Positions 8,413-18,807 of a DNA stretch of 64,000 nt are shown in pieces. Each line of letters opens with the position of its first letter. Position 1 is the stretch's first letter. The notes beneath the pieces are model-generated. The model made no database searches. It saw only the letters and a program-made list of their open reading frames with translations, and was not told where the DNA came from. This stretch comes from Spirochaetia bacterium (GTDB lineage: Bacteria > Spirochaetota > Spirochaetia > CADAEX01): positions 654 through 64,653 of the forward strand of contig JAFXTY010000060.1 in assembly GCA_017535435.1 (NCBI GenBank), written 5' to 3'. Position numbers and translations under genes: made by a program.

Positions 8413-9693
8413 ATGGATAAATATGTTATTGAGGGTTCTTATCCGCTTAAGGGCAAGATCAAAGCCAGTGGAAACAAAAATGCGGCGCTTCCATGCCTTG
8501 CCGCAGCACTTCTTACAGACGAGGAAGTAATACTGGAGAACATTCCTGAGATCGAGGATGTGGCTGTGATGGTGAGGATTCTCAAACAGCTGGGTTCCAA
8601 GGTCACCTGGATGGGAACCAATAAATATTCCATCAAGACAACAGATATAAAGAAGGCCGAGATTCCAGCCGCCGAGGCTAAGGCTGTCCGGGCCTCCATC
8701 CTGTTTGCAGGACCGCTTCTTGCAAGAACCGGTAGCGTCACTTTTCCACCTCCGGGTGGCGATGTAATTGGCCACAGAAGGCTTGATACCCACTTCCTTG
8801 CATTCACCGAGCTGGGTGCCCGGGTTTCTGCCGATGGCGTATACAAAGTCACTGCCAACAAGCTGGTGGGAGTTGATCTGTTTCTGGATGAGGCTTCTGT
8901 AACAGCTACCGAGAACGCTATTATGACAGCTGTGCTGGCCGAGGGTCAGACTGTTATTCAAAACGCCGCCTCTGAACCCCATGTTCAGGATCTCTGTAAT
9001 ATGCTGGTCTCCATGGGTGCTAAAATAGAGGGAATCGGCTCTAACATACTTAGAATCAAAGGTGTGTCAAAACTCCATGGCACCACTTTCCGCATAGGCT
9101 CTGACTTCATGGAGGTGGGCTCCTACATAGGTCTTGCGGCTGTTACCCACAGCAGGCTGGAGATAATCGATGCAGAGCCCAAGAACCTGCGTATGGCAAA
9201 AATTGCATTCGGCAAGCTGGGAATAAGCTGGGAGACCAGCGGCAATTCGATCCTTATCCGTCCACGGCAGGAGCTTAGGGTAAAGCCTGATATGGGAGAC
9301 CAGATTCCATCCATAGACGATGCTCCATGGCCAGGATTCCCACCTGATCTGACCAGTATTGTGACTGTAGTTGCCACCCAGGTGAGCGGTACTGTCCTGA
9401 TCCACGAGAAGATGTTTGAATCCAGGATGTTCTTTGTGGACAAGCTTATAGAGATGGGAGCCAAGATTGTGCTGTGCGATCCCCACCGGGCTGTGGTGAG
9501 CGGTCCTGCCGCCCTCAAGGGCTCCAGCATGGTATCTCCTGATGTCCGGGCTGGTATGGCTATGGTAATTGCTGCGTTGTGCGCAGAGGGAAAGAGTACT
9601 ATAAGCAATATCTACCAGATAGAGCGGGGCTACGAGAACCTGGCTGCCAAGCTTAAGAACCTGGGTGCGAAAATAGAGCGGATCTCCGACTGA
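8413..9693 (+). CDS. murA: UDP-N-acetylglucosamine 1-carboxyvinyltransferase
   Basis: 426 aa; MDKYVIEGSYPLKGKIKASGNKNAALP... canonical MurA N-terminus and EPSP-synthase fold repeats; RBS AAGGTGG upstream. Confidence 0.93.
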   Translation: MDKYVIEGSYPLKGKIKASGNKNAALPCLAAALLTDEEVILENIPEIEDVAVMVRILKQLGSKVTWMGTNKYSIKTTDIKKAEIPAAEAKAVRASILFAGPLLARTGSVTFPPPGGDVIGHRRLDTHFLAFTELGARVSADGVYKVTANKLVGVDLFLDEASVTATENAIMTAVLAEGQTVIQNAASEPHVQDLCNMLVSMGAKIEGIGSNILRIKGVSKLHGTTFRIGSDFMEVGSYIGLAAVTHSRLEIIDAEPKNLRMAKIAFGKLGISWETSGNSILIRPRQELRVKPDMGDQIPSIDDAPWPGFPPDLTSIVTVVATQVSGTVLIHEKMFESRMFFVDKLIEMGAKIVLCDPHRAVVSGPAALKGSSMVSPDVRAGMAMVIAALCAEGKSTISNIYQIERGYENLAAKLKNLGAKIERISD

Positions 9694-11361
9694 TCACCGG
9701 CTCTCTATAAGATAACGATATCCCTGTTCTGTAAGGAACTTCTGCCTGTTTGCTGAGAATTCCTCCTCCACGGTGAACCTTGATGTAAGGGTGTAGAATG
9801 TGGAGTTCCTGTCTTTTGGTCTCAATATCCTTCCAAGCCTCTGTGCCTCTTCCTGCCTTGATCCGAAGCTTCCCGATATCTGTATCGCCATGGATGCGTC
9901 AGGCAGGTCTATGGCAAAGTTCGCCACCTTCGATACAATGATTACCCTTTCCTCGCCCCGGCGGAACCTGTTGTAGATCTCTTCTCTGGTCTTGTTGGGA
10001 GTCTGTCCTGTTATGAGTGGGACATTCAGCAGCTTCTTCACCTCTTTCAGCTGAGAAAGGTACTGCCCTATGATAAGGATAAAATCATCAGGATGGTTGT
10101 CTATAAGCTCTTTGATGATAGGGAGCTTCCGGGAATTCTCCGATGCAATGCGGAACTTCTCCCTTTTGCCTGCGATGGAGTAGGGGACTTTCATATCCTC
10201 CGGCAGCTCCACCCGGATCTCGTGGCAAGATGCATCTGCAATCCACCCCTTGGCCTGCAGATCTTTCCATGGGCTGTCATACTTCTTGGGGCCTACCAGG
10301 GAGAAAAGATCTTTTTCCCTTCCGTCCTCCCTGATAAGTGTGGCGGTAAGGCCCACCCTGCTTATGGCCTGGATTTCCGCAGTTATCCTGAATACCGGCG
10401 CAGGGAGCAGGTGGACTTCGTCATAAATGATCAAGCCCCATTTGTTCTTCTTGAAAATCTCGAAGTGGGGGAAATGCTCTCTTTTATCAGGCCTCCAGGT
10501 GAGGATCTGGTATGTTGCCACAGTGATGGGCTTTATCTCCTTCTTCTCGCCGCTGTATTCCCCGATATCCTCAGGCTTTGCGAAGGACTTGTCCCGAAGC
10601 TCCTCCATCCACTGGTGCACAGCCGCTATATTGGTGGTCAGTATCAAAGTCTGGGTCTGCATAAGCTCCATTATCTTCATGCCCACCATAGTCTTTCCAG
10701 ACCCGCAGGCCATAACCACAGTACCATACCCATTGCCCGGGGCTCCCTTGCCGTAGAAGGCGTCGGCTGCCTCTGTCTGGTAATCCCGGATCACCAGCTT
10801 CTTGCCGCCTGCTGTGGTCTTCCGGAGCTTGAACTCCATTGGCGCACCGGCCCGCAGGGGAATGTTGTCCTTTACCGGATAGCCCAGGTTTATAAGTTCC
10901 TGCTTGACGGTGCCCCGGTCAAGGGTGTTCACAAAGAAGGCGTTTTCTTCAGGGGCGGGTATAAGGAGCTTTTCCAGCTTCTTCACTGCAAGAAGTGATT
11001 TGTACAGAATGATATTCTCAACCTTGAGCAGCAGGGTGTCGGGCTTATCAGTCTCCACCAGAACCAGCTTTCCGAAAAGGGAGCCGCTGTCCTCGATCTG
11101 GAACAGGACATTCTCGGGAATGGCGAACCTTGACCACTTCTTAAGCCGTTTTATCACCTGCTCAGTGGGGATACCGGCCGATGCGGCATTCCACAGGGAG
11201 ATGGGAGAGATGGAGTAGGTATGTATATGCTCAGGGGATTTAACAAGCTCTGCAAAGACAGAGATGTCGTCCCGTGCCGCTTCGAATTTTGAGGAGTGGA
11301 CATCCAGCAGAATGGTGCCGTCGCTCTGGACTATGATAGGTTTTTCTTCTGACAAAGCCAT
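9694..11361 (-). CDS. XPB/Ssl2-type SF2 DNA helicase (RED-motif helicase)
   Basis: 555 aa; Walker A MACGSGKTMVGM, DEVH box (YDEVHLLPAP), and the XPB-specific RED motif (GLTATLIREDGRE). Stop codon abuts the murA stop with no intergenic base. Confidence 0.85.
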   Translation of the reverse strand: MALSEEKPIIVQSDGTILLDVHSSKFEAARDDISVFAELVKSPEHIHTYSISPISLWNAASAGIPTEQVIKRLKKWSRFAIPENVLFQIEDSGSLFGKLVLVETDKPDTLLLKVENIILYKSLLAVKKLEKLLIPAPEENAFFVNTLDRGTVKQELINLGYPVKDNIPLRAGAPMEFKLRKTTAGGKKLVIRDYQTEAADAFYGKGAPGNGYGTVVMACGSGKTMVGMKIMELMQTQTLILTTNIAAVHQWMEELRDKSFAKPEDIGEYSGEKKEIKPITVATYQILTWRPDKREHFPHFEIFKKNKWGLIIYDEVHLLPAPVFRITAEIQAISRVGLTATLIREDGREKDLFSLVGPKKYDSPWKDLQAKGWIADASCHEIRVELPEDMKVPYSIAGKREKFRIASENSRKLPIIKELIDNHPDDFILIIGQYLSQLKEVKKLLNVPLITGQTPNKTREEIYNRFRRGEERVIIVSKVANFAIDLPDASMAIQISGSFGSRQEEAQRLGRILRPKDRNSTFYTLTSRFTVEEEFSANRQKFLTEQGYRYLIESR

Positions 11362-11425
11362 TCAAAAATTGTAGGTTTAAAAAAAGGAACTGTCAACTGG
11401 TACGGCAATATGTTATAGTAAAAGC

Positions 11426-12199
11426 ATGGGACAGATAAAGGAACATGTCAGACTGGACCGGCTTCTTGCAAACAGCGGGTATGGCTCCCGCAGCGATGTG
11501 AAGGCATTGATTCTTGACGGACTGGTGACAGTGAATGGAGTGCCGGCAGCCCGGGTCGATGTCCATGTGCATCTTTCCAAGGATAAAATCGAGGTGGATG
11601 GTCAGCCTCTCAAGGTTGCAATCCATGCATATTACATGATGAACAAGCCTGCAGGCTATGTCTGTTCCTCAAAGGGAGGGGCCAATCCCACAGTATTCGA
11701 CCTTCTGGATGTTGAGGACAGGGGCAGGAGGCTGGGAGGGGAGCTTGGTATTGTAGGGCGTCTTGACCTGGATACAGAGGGGCTTCTGATATTCACCACC
11801 GACGGAGATCTGAACCACAGATTGACTTCACCAAAATATCATGTTCCCAAAACCTATTTTGTACAGCTTGAGAATCCAGTCTCGGAGGCAGAGCAGAAGC
11901 AGTATGCAGAAGCTGTAGCTGCCGGTGTGGAGATACCTCCTGAGGACCATGAGCCAGGGGCTTTGTGCAGGGGCGGAAAGCTTGATTGGAAAAGTGATGA
12001 CACCTGTCAGCTGACTATCTACGAAGGGCTTTATCATGAGGTGAAGCGGATATTCACTGCTTTGGGGAACAGGGTTGCTTATCTCAAGCGGATCAACATA
12101 AATAATCTGGCCCTGGATCCATCTCTTGAACCGGGAGAGTATAGGGAGCTTTCGGAGCAGGAACTTTCGGCTCTAACCTTGACAAACGCTATTCTATGA
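11426..12199 (+). CDS. S4-domain pseudouridine synthase (RsuA/RluB family)
   Basis: 257 aa; N-terminal S4 domain (RLDRLLANSGYGSRSDVKALI) and catalytic motif GRLDLDTEGLLIFTTDG. Confidence 0.85.
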   Translation: MGQIKEHVRLDRLLANSGYGSRSDVKALILDGLVTVNGVPAARVDVHVHLSKDKIEVDGQPLKVAIHAYYMMNKPAGYVCSSKGGANPTVFDLLDVEDRGRRLGGELGIVGRLDLDTEGLLIFTTDGDLNHRLTSPKYHVPKTYFVQLENPVSEAEQKQYAEAVAAGVEIPPEDHEPGALCRGGKLDWKSDDTCQLTIYEGLYHEVKRIFTALGNRVAYLKRININNLALDPSLEPGEYRELSEQELSALTLTNAIL

Positions 12200-12897
12200 A
12201 TAAACTATTATATGTGAAAAAGTTTTATATTTTTATCTGTCTTATTATATTCCCAGTGCTTTTTTCTTCCGCTCAGGAACAGGATCGTATTGTCACAGCA
12301 AACGAATTCCTCAACTATGTCTCTGCCCAGTATGGCTCAATCAATGATTATGAGGCAAAAATTGCAATCACCAAGGGCAAGGAGAAGATGACTGGAATCA
12401 TATACTACAAGACTCCATCCCTCCTGAGGATCAATTTCGACAATCCGAAAGAGCAGGTCCTGGTGGTGGACAAGGAGAAGCTGGTCATCTATATCCCGAA
12501 ATACCGGGTCATCATGCAGCAGAAGCTGAAGAAGAAGGGTGGTGTCTCCGGAGCTGGTATGGCAAGCAAGGAAGGTCTTAAGCTCTTAAAGAAGAATTAT
12601 ACCGTCGCTTACCTGGAGAGCCCCGATTTTGTCCCTCTTGATGATGGCAGCGAAGAGATGGTGAAAAAGCTCAAGTTTGTCTGGAGGACTGCAGATGAAG
12701 GCTTCCGCCAGCTTATCATGTGTGTGGGGGAGGACAACCTTATACGGCGCATGATCTGTGTGACTGCCGATTATACCGAAATGCAGTTTGACTTTACCGA
12801 TATCAAGACCAACGAGGGTATCCCTGACACCCGGTTTGAATACGATTCCCCGGCCAGCGCCAATGTCTTTGAGAACTTCCTTTTCGAAGCGGAGTGA
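12196..12897 (+). CDS. secreted hypothetical protein (LolA-like size/fold suspected)
   Basis: 233 aa; ATGA overlap with upstream gene; signal peptide ...FPVLFSSAQE; no catalytic motif recognised. Confidence 0.4.
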   Translation: MNKLLYVKKFYIFICLIIFPVLFSSAQEQDRIVTANEFLNYVSAQYGSINDYEAKIAITKGKEKMTGIIYYKTPSLLRINFDNPKEQVLVVDKEKLVIYIPKYRVIMQQKLKKKGGVSGAGMASKEGLKLLKKNYTVAYLESPDFVPLDDGSEEMVKKLKFVWRTADEGFRQLIMCVGEDNLIRRMICVTADYTEMQFDFTDIKTNEGIPDTRFEYDSPASANVFENFLFEAE

Positions 12898-12900
12898 TCT

Positions 12901-13989
12901 ATGGATTCTATAGGCGCAATTCTTAAGGGAGCCAGAGAAGAGAAAAAGCTTCCTCTGAACCAGGTTTCATCCGATACTCATATTCTTCCGGGCTATATTC
13001 TGGCAATAGAGGAAAACCGTTTTCAGGACTTGCCGGGAGAGGCTTACTGTGCAGGTTTCATCGGCACTCTTGCCCGTTATTATGGACTTGACAGTGGAAG
13101 CCTGGTGGCTATGTTCAGGGGAGTTCCCGAGAAGGAGAGATCTGCCCCTAAGCCTAAGCCGAAAGCTCCTGTAGTAAAAACTGAAAAAAAGAATAAAGTC
13201 CCGGTGATACTCATCATTGTGATTCTGATTATCATGGGAGCAGCAATCTGGTTTATCCTTTCTGGCAATAAGAGTCAGGAGGTGGTTGCACCGGAGCCTG
13301 TGGCCCAGCAGGAAGAACCGAAGGCAAATGTATATGTGATGAACGAGGTCCTGTTTGAGCGATCTTTTGCAGAGAATGATATAGTGCAGGTGCAGCTGGG
13401 GGAAAGCTCTTCCGAGATTGCATGCAGAACAATCGGATCCTCTGTGCTGCTGGGAATCAGAAGCGGTAATGTCCTTCTGACCCCATCCCAGGAGAAGCTT
13501 TTGGACCTGAACGGTGATTCCAAGAATGATGTCAAGGTCACCCTCAAGGATGTCAATCCAGAGGCAAAAACTGCAATCATCCGGATAGACCGGGCTTTGG
13601 AGGCTCCTGTACCGCCTCCGCTGCCGGCTATTTCCATAGCAGCCAAGCCGGAATCAATAATAATGCATGACAAGGGCAGCGTGACAGTCCTTGCTTCTCC
13701 GGTAAAGCGGAACTTCATCATGGAGGTGAACTTCAGCGGGCCATGCATGTTCCGGTATCAGGCAGACAGCAATAAGAGTGCAGAAAAATATTATAAAGCT
13801 GAAGACCAGGTGCGCCTTGAGGTGGCTGACCAGGTCAGAGTATGGCTTTCCAATGCCGGTCATGCCAAGATTCTTATTGGTGATGCAGAGATAACCCTGG
13901 GCAACAAGGGTGATATCACATCAGAGAAAATCGGCTGGGAAGAGGCTGGGGATAAATCCTTCAACCTTTCAATTGTTGCAATGCACTGA
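12901..13989 (+). CDS. RodZ-like membrane protein (N-terminal XRE-type HTH, one TM, C-terminal periplasmic domain)
   Basis: 362 aa; N-term HTH (…KLPLNQVSSDTHILPGYILAIEENRFQDLPGEAY…), Lys/Pro-rich linker, TM VPVILIIVILIIMGAAIWFIL, C-terminal beta-rich domain; architecture typical of RodZ. Confidence 0.5.
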   Translation: MDSIGAILKGAREEKKLPLNQVSSDTHILPGYILAIEENRFQDLPGEAYCAGFIGTLARYYGLDSGSLVAMFRGVPEKERSAPKPKPKAPVVKTEKKNKVPVILIIVILIIMGAAIWFILSGNKSQEVVAPEPVAQQEEPKANVYVMNEVLFERSFAENDIVQVQLGESSSEIACRTIGSSVLLGIRSGNVLLTPSQEKLLDLNGDSKNDVKVTLKDVNPEAKTAIIRIDRALEAPVPPPLPAISIAAKPESIIMHDKGSVTVLASPVKRNFIMEVNFSGPCMFRYQADSNKSAEKYYKAEDQVRLEVADQVRVWLSNAGHAKILIGDAEITLGNKGDITSEKIGWEEAGDKSFNLSIVAMH

Positions 13990-13997
13990 GGTGAGCC

Positions 13998-15329
13998 TTG
14001 GAAAAAACTTTTTATATTGTGAACCTGGGCTGTTCCAAGAACCAGGTGGATGGGGAGACTGTCCTTGCCCTCATGGAGCAGAAGGGGTGGAAGTACACCG
14101 ATCTTGAGCATGCCCATGTGGTCATAATCAACACCTGCGGCTTTATCAACGATGCCAAAGAGGAATCCATCAACACAATCCTGAACTGCAAAAGCAGCTA
14201 TCCAGACAAGATAGTGATAGCGGCAGGGTGCCTTGCCCAGCGGTATGGGAAGGAGCTTTCCCAGGAGATGACTGAGGCTGACGGCTTTGTGGGAAACCAT
14301 GATCTGTATGCAGTGCCTGATGCGGTGGAGAAGATAGTAAAGGGAAAAACCCGGCTTGTGAGCCCCAAGAAGCCGTCGCCAGACTGCTTTGTGGAGCGCA
14401 GCACCCTCTTCACTTTCCCCAGGAGCACCTACATCAAGATTGCAGAGGGGTGCAACAACAACTGCACCTACTGTGCCATTCCTCTCATACGGGGACAGCT
14501 CAGGAGCATTCCTGCGGACATAATCATAAAAGAGATCAGGAGCTTTGTGAAAAAAGGCTTCTTCGAGATAAACCTGGTTAGCCAGGACCTGGCCTCCTGG
14601 GGTACTGACCTGGGACAGGATCTTATATATCTGCTCAAGCGGATATGCCGTCTTAAAGGAGACTTCCGGATTCGGCTCCTGTACATGCATCCTGACAAGT
14701 TCAATCCAGATATTCTCCCTCTGTTCAAAAAAGATGACCGGCTTATTCCCTATTTCGATATACCGTTCCAGCATGCTTCCGAGCCTCTCCTGGCTTCCAT
14801 GGGGCGGAAGGGGAACAAGGATAAATACCTTAAGCTGATTGCCTCTATCCGGAAAGCACTGCCTGAGAGCGTCATCCGGTCCACCATGATGCTGGGGTTT
14901 CCTGGTGAGAAAGAGGAGGATTTCCAGTGTCTTATGGACTTCCTTAAGGAGGCAGAGCTTGACTGGTGCGGCTTCTTCACTTATTCCAGGGAAGAGGGAA
15001 CCAAAGCCTTCAATTTCAAGGGAAAAGTGCCTATGGCCACGGCAGGGCTGAGGAAGGAGCAGGCTCAGGATCTACAGAACCGGATTACCGAGAAACGTCT
15101 TGATAGCTATGTGGGGAAAGAGATAGAGGTACTGGTGGAGGAGATTATAGCCGAGGAAGAGATTGCCCTGGGACGGGGATATATGAATGCTCCCGAGGTG
15201 GACGGCGCAATTATCCTTCACAGTGGCCTTGCCGCAGACGGTGGTGTGAAACCCGGCGATGTAGTCCGTGCACAAGTGGTGAAAAGGAACAACATAGATC
15301 TGGAAGCTGCAGATGTCAGATTATCTTGA
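13998..15329 (+). CDS. rimO: radical-SAM methylthiotransferase, MiaB/RimO family (RimO-like)
   Basis: 443 aa; TTG start; N-terminal MTTase domain (YIVNLGCSKNQVDGE), radical SAM CNNNCTYCAIP (CxxxCxxC), C-terminal TRAM-like domain; length and N-terminus favour RimO. Confidence 0.7.
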   Translation: MEKTFYIVNLGCSKNQVDGETVLALMEQKGWKYTDLEHAHVVIINTCGFINDAKEESINTILNCKSSYPDKIVIAAGCLAQRYGKELSQEMTEADGFVGNHDLYAVPDAVEKIVKGKTRLVSPKKPSPDCFVERSTLFTFPRSTYIKIAEGCNNNCTYCAIPLIRGQLRSIPADIIIKEIRSFVKKGFFEINLVSQDLASWGTDLGQDLIYLLKRICRLKGDFRIRLLYMHPDKFNPDILPLFKKDDRLIPYFDIPFQHASEPLLASMGRKGNKDKYLKLIASIRKALPESVIRSTMMLGFPGEKEEDFQCLMDFLKEAELDWCGFFTYSREEGTKAFNFKGKVPMATAGLRKEQAQDLQNRITEKRLDSYVGKEIEVLVEEIIAEEEIALGRGYMNAPEVDGAIILHSGLAADGGVKPGDVVRAQVVKRNNIDLEAADVRLS

Positions 15330-17388
15330 GAAACTGAATCCAAGACAGTATGAAGCCGTGGTGAACCAGGGGCATCCTCTTCTGATTCTGGCCGGCGCAG
15401 GCTCGGGGAAGACCCGGGTCATAACCTCCAAGATTGCATACCTGGTGGAGCACTGCGGCGCCCTGCCATCCTCCATACTGGCTGTCACCTTCACAAACAA
15501 GGCGGCAGGGGAGATGCGGGACCGGGTGGCCAATTTCCTTGGCTATACCGGAGATATGAAGTCCTACGAGCTTCCTATGATACGCACCTTCCACTCCTTC
15601 GGAGCCTGGATACTGCGGCGGAACAGCGAGTATGCAGGCCTTTCCCCCAACTTCTCCATATATGACGACTCTGATATGGTATCCCTTCTGAAAAGCCTTG
15701 AGAAGAGCGGCTCCAAGCGGGATATCAAGCTTTATGCCAATCTTATAAGCAGAGCCAAGGACTTTGGTCTTTCTCCTTATGACGATCTGACAGAGGTGAC
15801 CTTTGATCCTGATTTTCCTGCTGTATACAAGGCTTATCAGGAGAAGCTGGACTCCATAGGGAATGTGGATTTCGGAGACCTGATCCTAAAGGCTGTTGAG
15901 CTTTTAAAGAACAACAGGGAGATCAGGGATCACCTTTCCAGGAAGTTTCAGGTGATCCTGGTGGACGAGTACCAGGACTCCAACATTGCCCAGTTTGAGC
16001 TTCTCAAGCTTCTGGCCGGTGACGGCAGGAGCCTTACTGTAGTGGGGGACGATGACCAGTCCATATACAAATTCCGAGGCGCCGAGGTGCAGAACATAAT
16101 AGGGTTCCCTGAGTACTTCAGCGGCACCAAGGTGATAAAGCTGGAGCAGAACTACCGATCCACCGCCCCCATACTGAACCTGGCCAGCGCAGTGGTGGAC
16201 AGGAACAAAGGCCGGCTGGGCAAGAAATTGTGGACAGCCCGGAAGGGAGGCCGGAAGCCGGTGCTCACCTACTTCAACACTGCCCAGGAGGAGGCCGAAT
16301 ACTGTGCCAGCCTGGTGGCCAAGGACAAGGTGGAGACCGCCATCCTGTACCGCACCAATGCCCAATCCCGGCTTTTCGAGAACGTGTTCACCAGGCTCAA
16401 CATACCCTACCGCATAGTGGGGTCCCTAAGGTTCTACGAACGGGAGGAGGTAAAGGACACACTGGCATGGATGGCTTTCCTGGTGAACCCTAAGGATCAG
16501 GTCTCTTTCCAGCGCATAATAAACAAGCCGGCCCGGGGCATCGGGAAGGCGACTGTGGATAAAATCCTGGCATCGGAGGGGGAGGACATAGCCACCAGGC
16601 TCAAAACCTATGTGGCGGGCAGCCGGGGGAAGAGCAAGGAGGCTCTTGAGGAGTTCCTTGAGATATATTCCGGGCTTTCCACCCAGCTTGCCCAGCCGGG
16701 GGAGAACCTTTCCAGCCTGATAAACGAGATACTCTGCAGCTCGGGGCTCTATGACTACTACAAGGCTGAGGACAAAGAGGAGCGTACCTACAAGGTGGAC
16801 AACCTGATAGAGCTTTCCAATGCCGCCTCGGAATTCCCGGCCGGGGCAGAGGGGATAACCCAGTTCCTGGAGAACGTGGAGCTGGACTCCGGTGCATCCC
16901 AGACAGATGAGAACGCCCGTGTGACTCTGATAACCATGCACAATACCAAGGGGCTTGAGTTTGACAGGGTCATCATAACAGGCCTTGAGGACCAGCTCTT
17001 CCCCGGCCGTGGGGCCGAGGAGGAGGGGGAGATAGAGGAGGAGCGGCGCATCTTCTATGTAAGCATAACCAGGGCAAAAAACGAGCTTTATATGACATCC
17101 TGCCGGCAGCGGATGATCTGGGGCAAGTCCCAGTTCTGCAGCCCCTCCCGCTTCCTGGACGAGATTCCAGCAGGATATCTTGATATCAATGGAGGTGGTC
17201 ATACCAGGGGTAGGACAGGCACTGGATATAAGATAGGTGACTATATCTACCGGGACGACTACGGGGTAGGTGTTGTGGTGAAAAGCTGGGTCGAGGCTGG
17301 AGAACCTGTGGTGGTAGTACGGTTTGAGACCGGTCAGTATGCCCGGTTCCTGACTAATTATACTAAGCTTGAGAAGATAAGTCCCTGA
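15313..17388 (+). CDS. uvrD: ATP-dependent DNA helicase UvrD/PcrA
   Basis: 691 aa; Walker A AGAGSGKTRVIT, SF1 motifs (VLVDEYQDSN, TVVGDDDQSIYKFRGA, YRS…), C-terminal Tudor-like tail; 17-nt overlap with rimO. Confidence 0.9.
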   Translation: MSDYLEKLNPRQYEAVVNQGHPLLILAGAGSGKTRVITSKIAYLVEHCGALPSSILAVTFTNKAAGEMRDRVANFLGYTGDMKSYELPMIRTFHSFGAWILRRNSEYAGLSPNFSIYDDSDMVSLLKSLEKSGSKRDIKLYANLISRAKDFGLSPYDDLTEVTFDPDFPAVYKAYQEKLDSIGNVDFGDLILKAVELLKNNREIRDHLSRKFQVILVDEYQDSNIAQFELLKLLAGDGRSLTVVGDDDQSIYKFRGAEVQNIIGFPEYFSGTKVIKLEQNYRSTAPILNLASAVVDRNKGRLGKKLWTARKGGRKPVLTYFNTAQEEAEYCASLVAKDKVETAILYRTNAQSRLFENVFTRLNIPYRIVGSLRFYEREEVKDTLAWMAFLVNPKDQVSFQRIINKPARGIGKATVDKILASEGEDIATRLKTYVAGSRGKSKEALEEFLEIYSGLSTQLAQPGENLSSLINEILCSSGLYDYYKAEDKEERTYKVDNLIELSNAASEFPAGAEGITQFLENVELDSGASQTDENARVTLITMHNTKGLEFDRVIITGLEDQLFPGRGAEEEGEIEEERRIFYVSITRAKNELYMTSCRQRMIWGKSQFCSPSRFLDEIPAGYLDINGGGHTRGRTGTGYKIGDYIYRDDYGVGVVVKSWVEAGEPVVVVRFETGQYARFLTNYTKLEKISP

Positions 17389-17604
17389 TCAGACCTTATG
17401 GTAAGCATAAAGCAGGAAAGTAAGGCCTAAAAGAAGGCACATTCTTCCTGCAAGGCGGATCTGCCGTATATGTTTTGCATGAAATGCATCCCACCATTCA
17501 GGATTCTTAGGGTTGTGAGGAAATGCCTTGAACTCCATGAGGAAACCGATCATCGAAGCTATGATAAGCACGCTTCCAAGTATCATTTTGAAAACTGGAT
17601 TCAT
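17389..17604 (-). CDS. small two-TM membrane protein (hypothetical)
   Basis: 71 aa, two hydrophobic helices; co-directional 17 nt downstream of the M23 peptidase gene; no homology recognisable. Confidence 0.35.
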   Translation of the reverse strand: MNPVFKMILGSVLIIASMIGFLMEFKAFPHNPKNPEWWDAFHAKHIRQIRLAGRMCLLLGLTFLLYAYHKV

Positions 17605-17621
17605 AAAACCACTATACCTGT

Positions 17622-18779
17622 TTAATCCTTTTTCTTCAAGTTCTCAAAAAGCTCATCAATCTGGGCTCTCCGCTTTTCAAAGCGTTCCATCTCTGCTTTT
17701 GTCAGGTTCCGCTCTGGAGGTGACTTCACCGATGCCGGGTTTATCTTGACATTGTTGAGAATCACTTCGTAGTGCAGGTGAGGGCCTGTGGACATTCCTG
17801 TAGTGCCTATATAACCGATCACCTGTCCCTGCTTTACCCGCACCCCTTTCTTGATTCCCTTTCCATAGGCATTCATATGGCCATACAGGGTCTTATACCC
17901 GTTGCTGTGCCGCAGTATGATGCAGTTTCCATAGATGTCGAACCAGCCTGCCAGCTCCACAGTGCCGCTTCCCGATGCCAGGATAGGAGTGTTGAGGGGT
18001 GCTGCGAAATCCAGCCCTTTATGAAAGGATTCGTAACCATATATCGGATTGGTCCGCTTGCCATAGGTGGATGATATCCTGGCGTTGGCCACCGGGGTCT
18101 TGAGCAATGTCTTACGAACGCTTTTTCCCTCGGAGCTGTAATAATCGTATTCATTGCTGTCGGTGACAAAGCCGTAAAGGTTCACATCTGTAAAATTGGT
18201 CTTGAGGGCTGCGAACACGATGGGACCATGCTTTGCCACAGTGCCGTCCTCCTTGATAAAATCGTAGTAGAGAACCTTGAACTTATCCCCTTTCCGGATG
18301 TCCCGCTGGAAGTCAATGTCAAAGGAGAATATCCGGAACAGCTCCATTATCTTGGATCCGGCCACCCCTGCTGCCGCCATATCGTTGTAGAAACTGCTCT
18401 CTATGGATCCTTCAGCCGCTATGGGCACCATCCTTAGGGTAAGCTTCTCGGGGTAGGATTCGTATGCATATCCGTTATATTTTACAACAATATCCTCGTC
18501 AAAGTCGGCGGAAAGGCGCAGTTCCATAAGCCGGACATCCGGTTCGTTCTCTGTCTTTATAAGTATTTTCTGGTTTGGATATATATGCCTGAGGTTGTAA
18601 TGGTCCGAGAGGGCTCTGGTGACTTCTGATATCTGCTGGCTTGGAATATCCTCGTTTCTAAGCAGCGTTGAGAGGTTTCCCCCCTTGGGGACTGTAAGCT
18701 CTTTTTCTTCGGCCGAAAGCAGGAACACCGGGAACAGCAAGGAAAGAATGATGATGCATTTTGCCAGAACACGCCTCAT
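17622..18779 (-). CDS. M23-family metallopeptidase
   Basis: 385 aa; signal peptide; HKGLDFAAPLNTPILASGSGTV and GPHLHYEV M23/LytM zinc-binding motifs. Confidence 0.85.
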   Translation of the reverse strand: MRRVLAKCIIILSLLFPVFLLSAEEKELTVPKGGNLSTLLRNEDIPSQQISEVTRALSDHYNLRHIYPNQKILIKTENEPDVRLMELRLSADFDEDIVVKYNGYAYESYPEKLTLRMVPIAAEGSIESSFYNDMAAAGVAGSKIMELFRIFSFDIDFQRDIRKGDKFKVLYYDFIKEDGTVAKHGPIVFAALKTNFTDVNLYGFVTDSNEYDYYSSEGKSVRKTLLKTPVANARISSTYGKRTNPIYGYESFHKGLDFAAPLNTPILASGSGTVELAGWFDIYGNCIILRHSNGYKTLYGHMNAYGKGIKKGVRVKQGQVIGYIGTTGMSTGPHLHYEVILNNVKINPASVKSPPERNLTKAEMERFEKRRAQIDELFENLKKKD

Positions 18780-18807
18780 TCTTATATATTAACATATTAT
18801 TATATGC

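Noticed and set aside
10093-10998. 301-aa + strand ORF inside the helicase gene
   Set aside because: It lies wholly within, and antisense to, the XPB helicase gene, which has clear motifs. There is no RBS, and it is Leu/Pro/Gly-rich.
15904-17202. minus-strand ORFs (153 and 258 aa) inside uvrD
   Set aside because: They are antisense shadows of uvrD/pcrA, and the sense frame carries all SF1 motifs.
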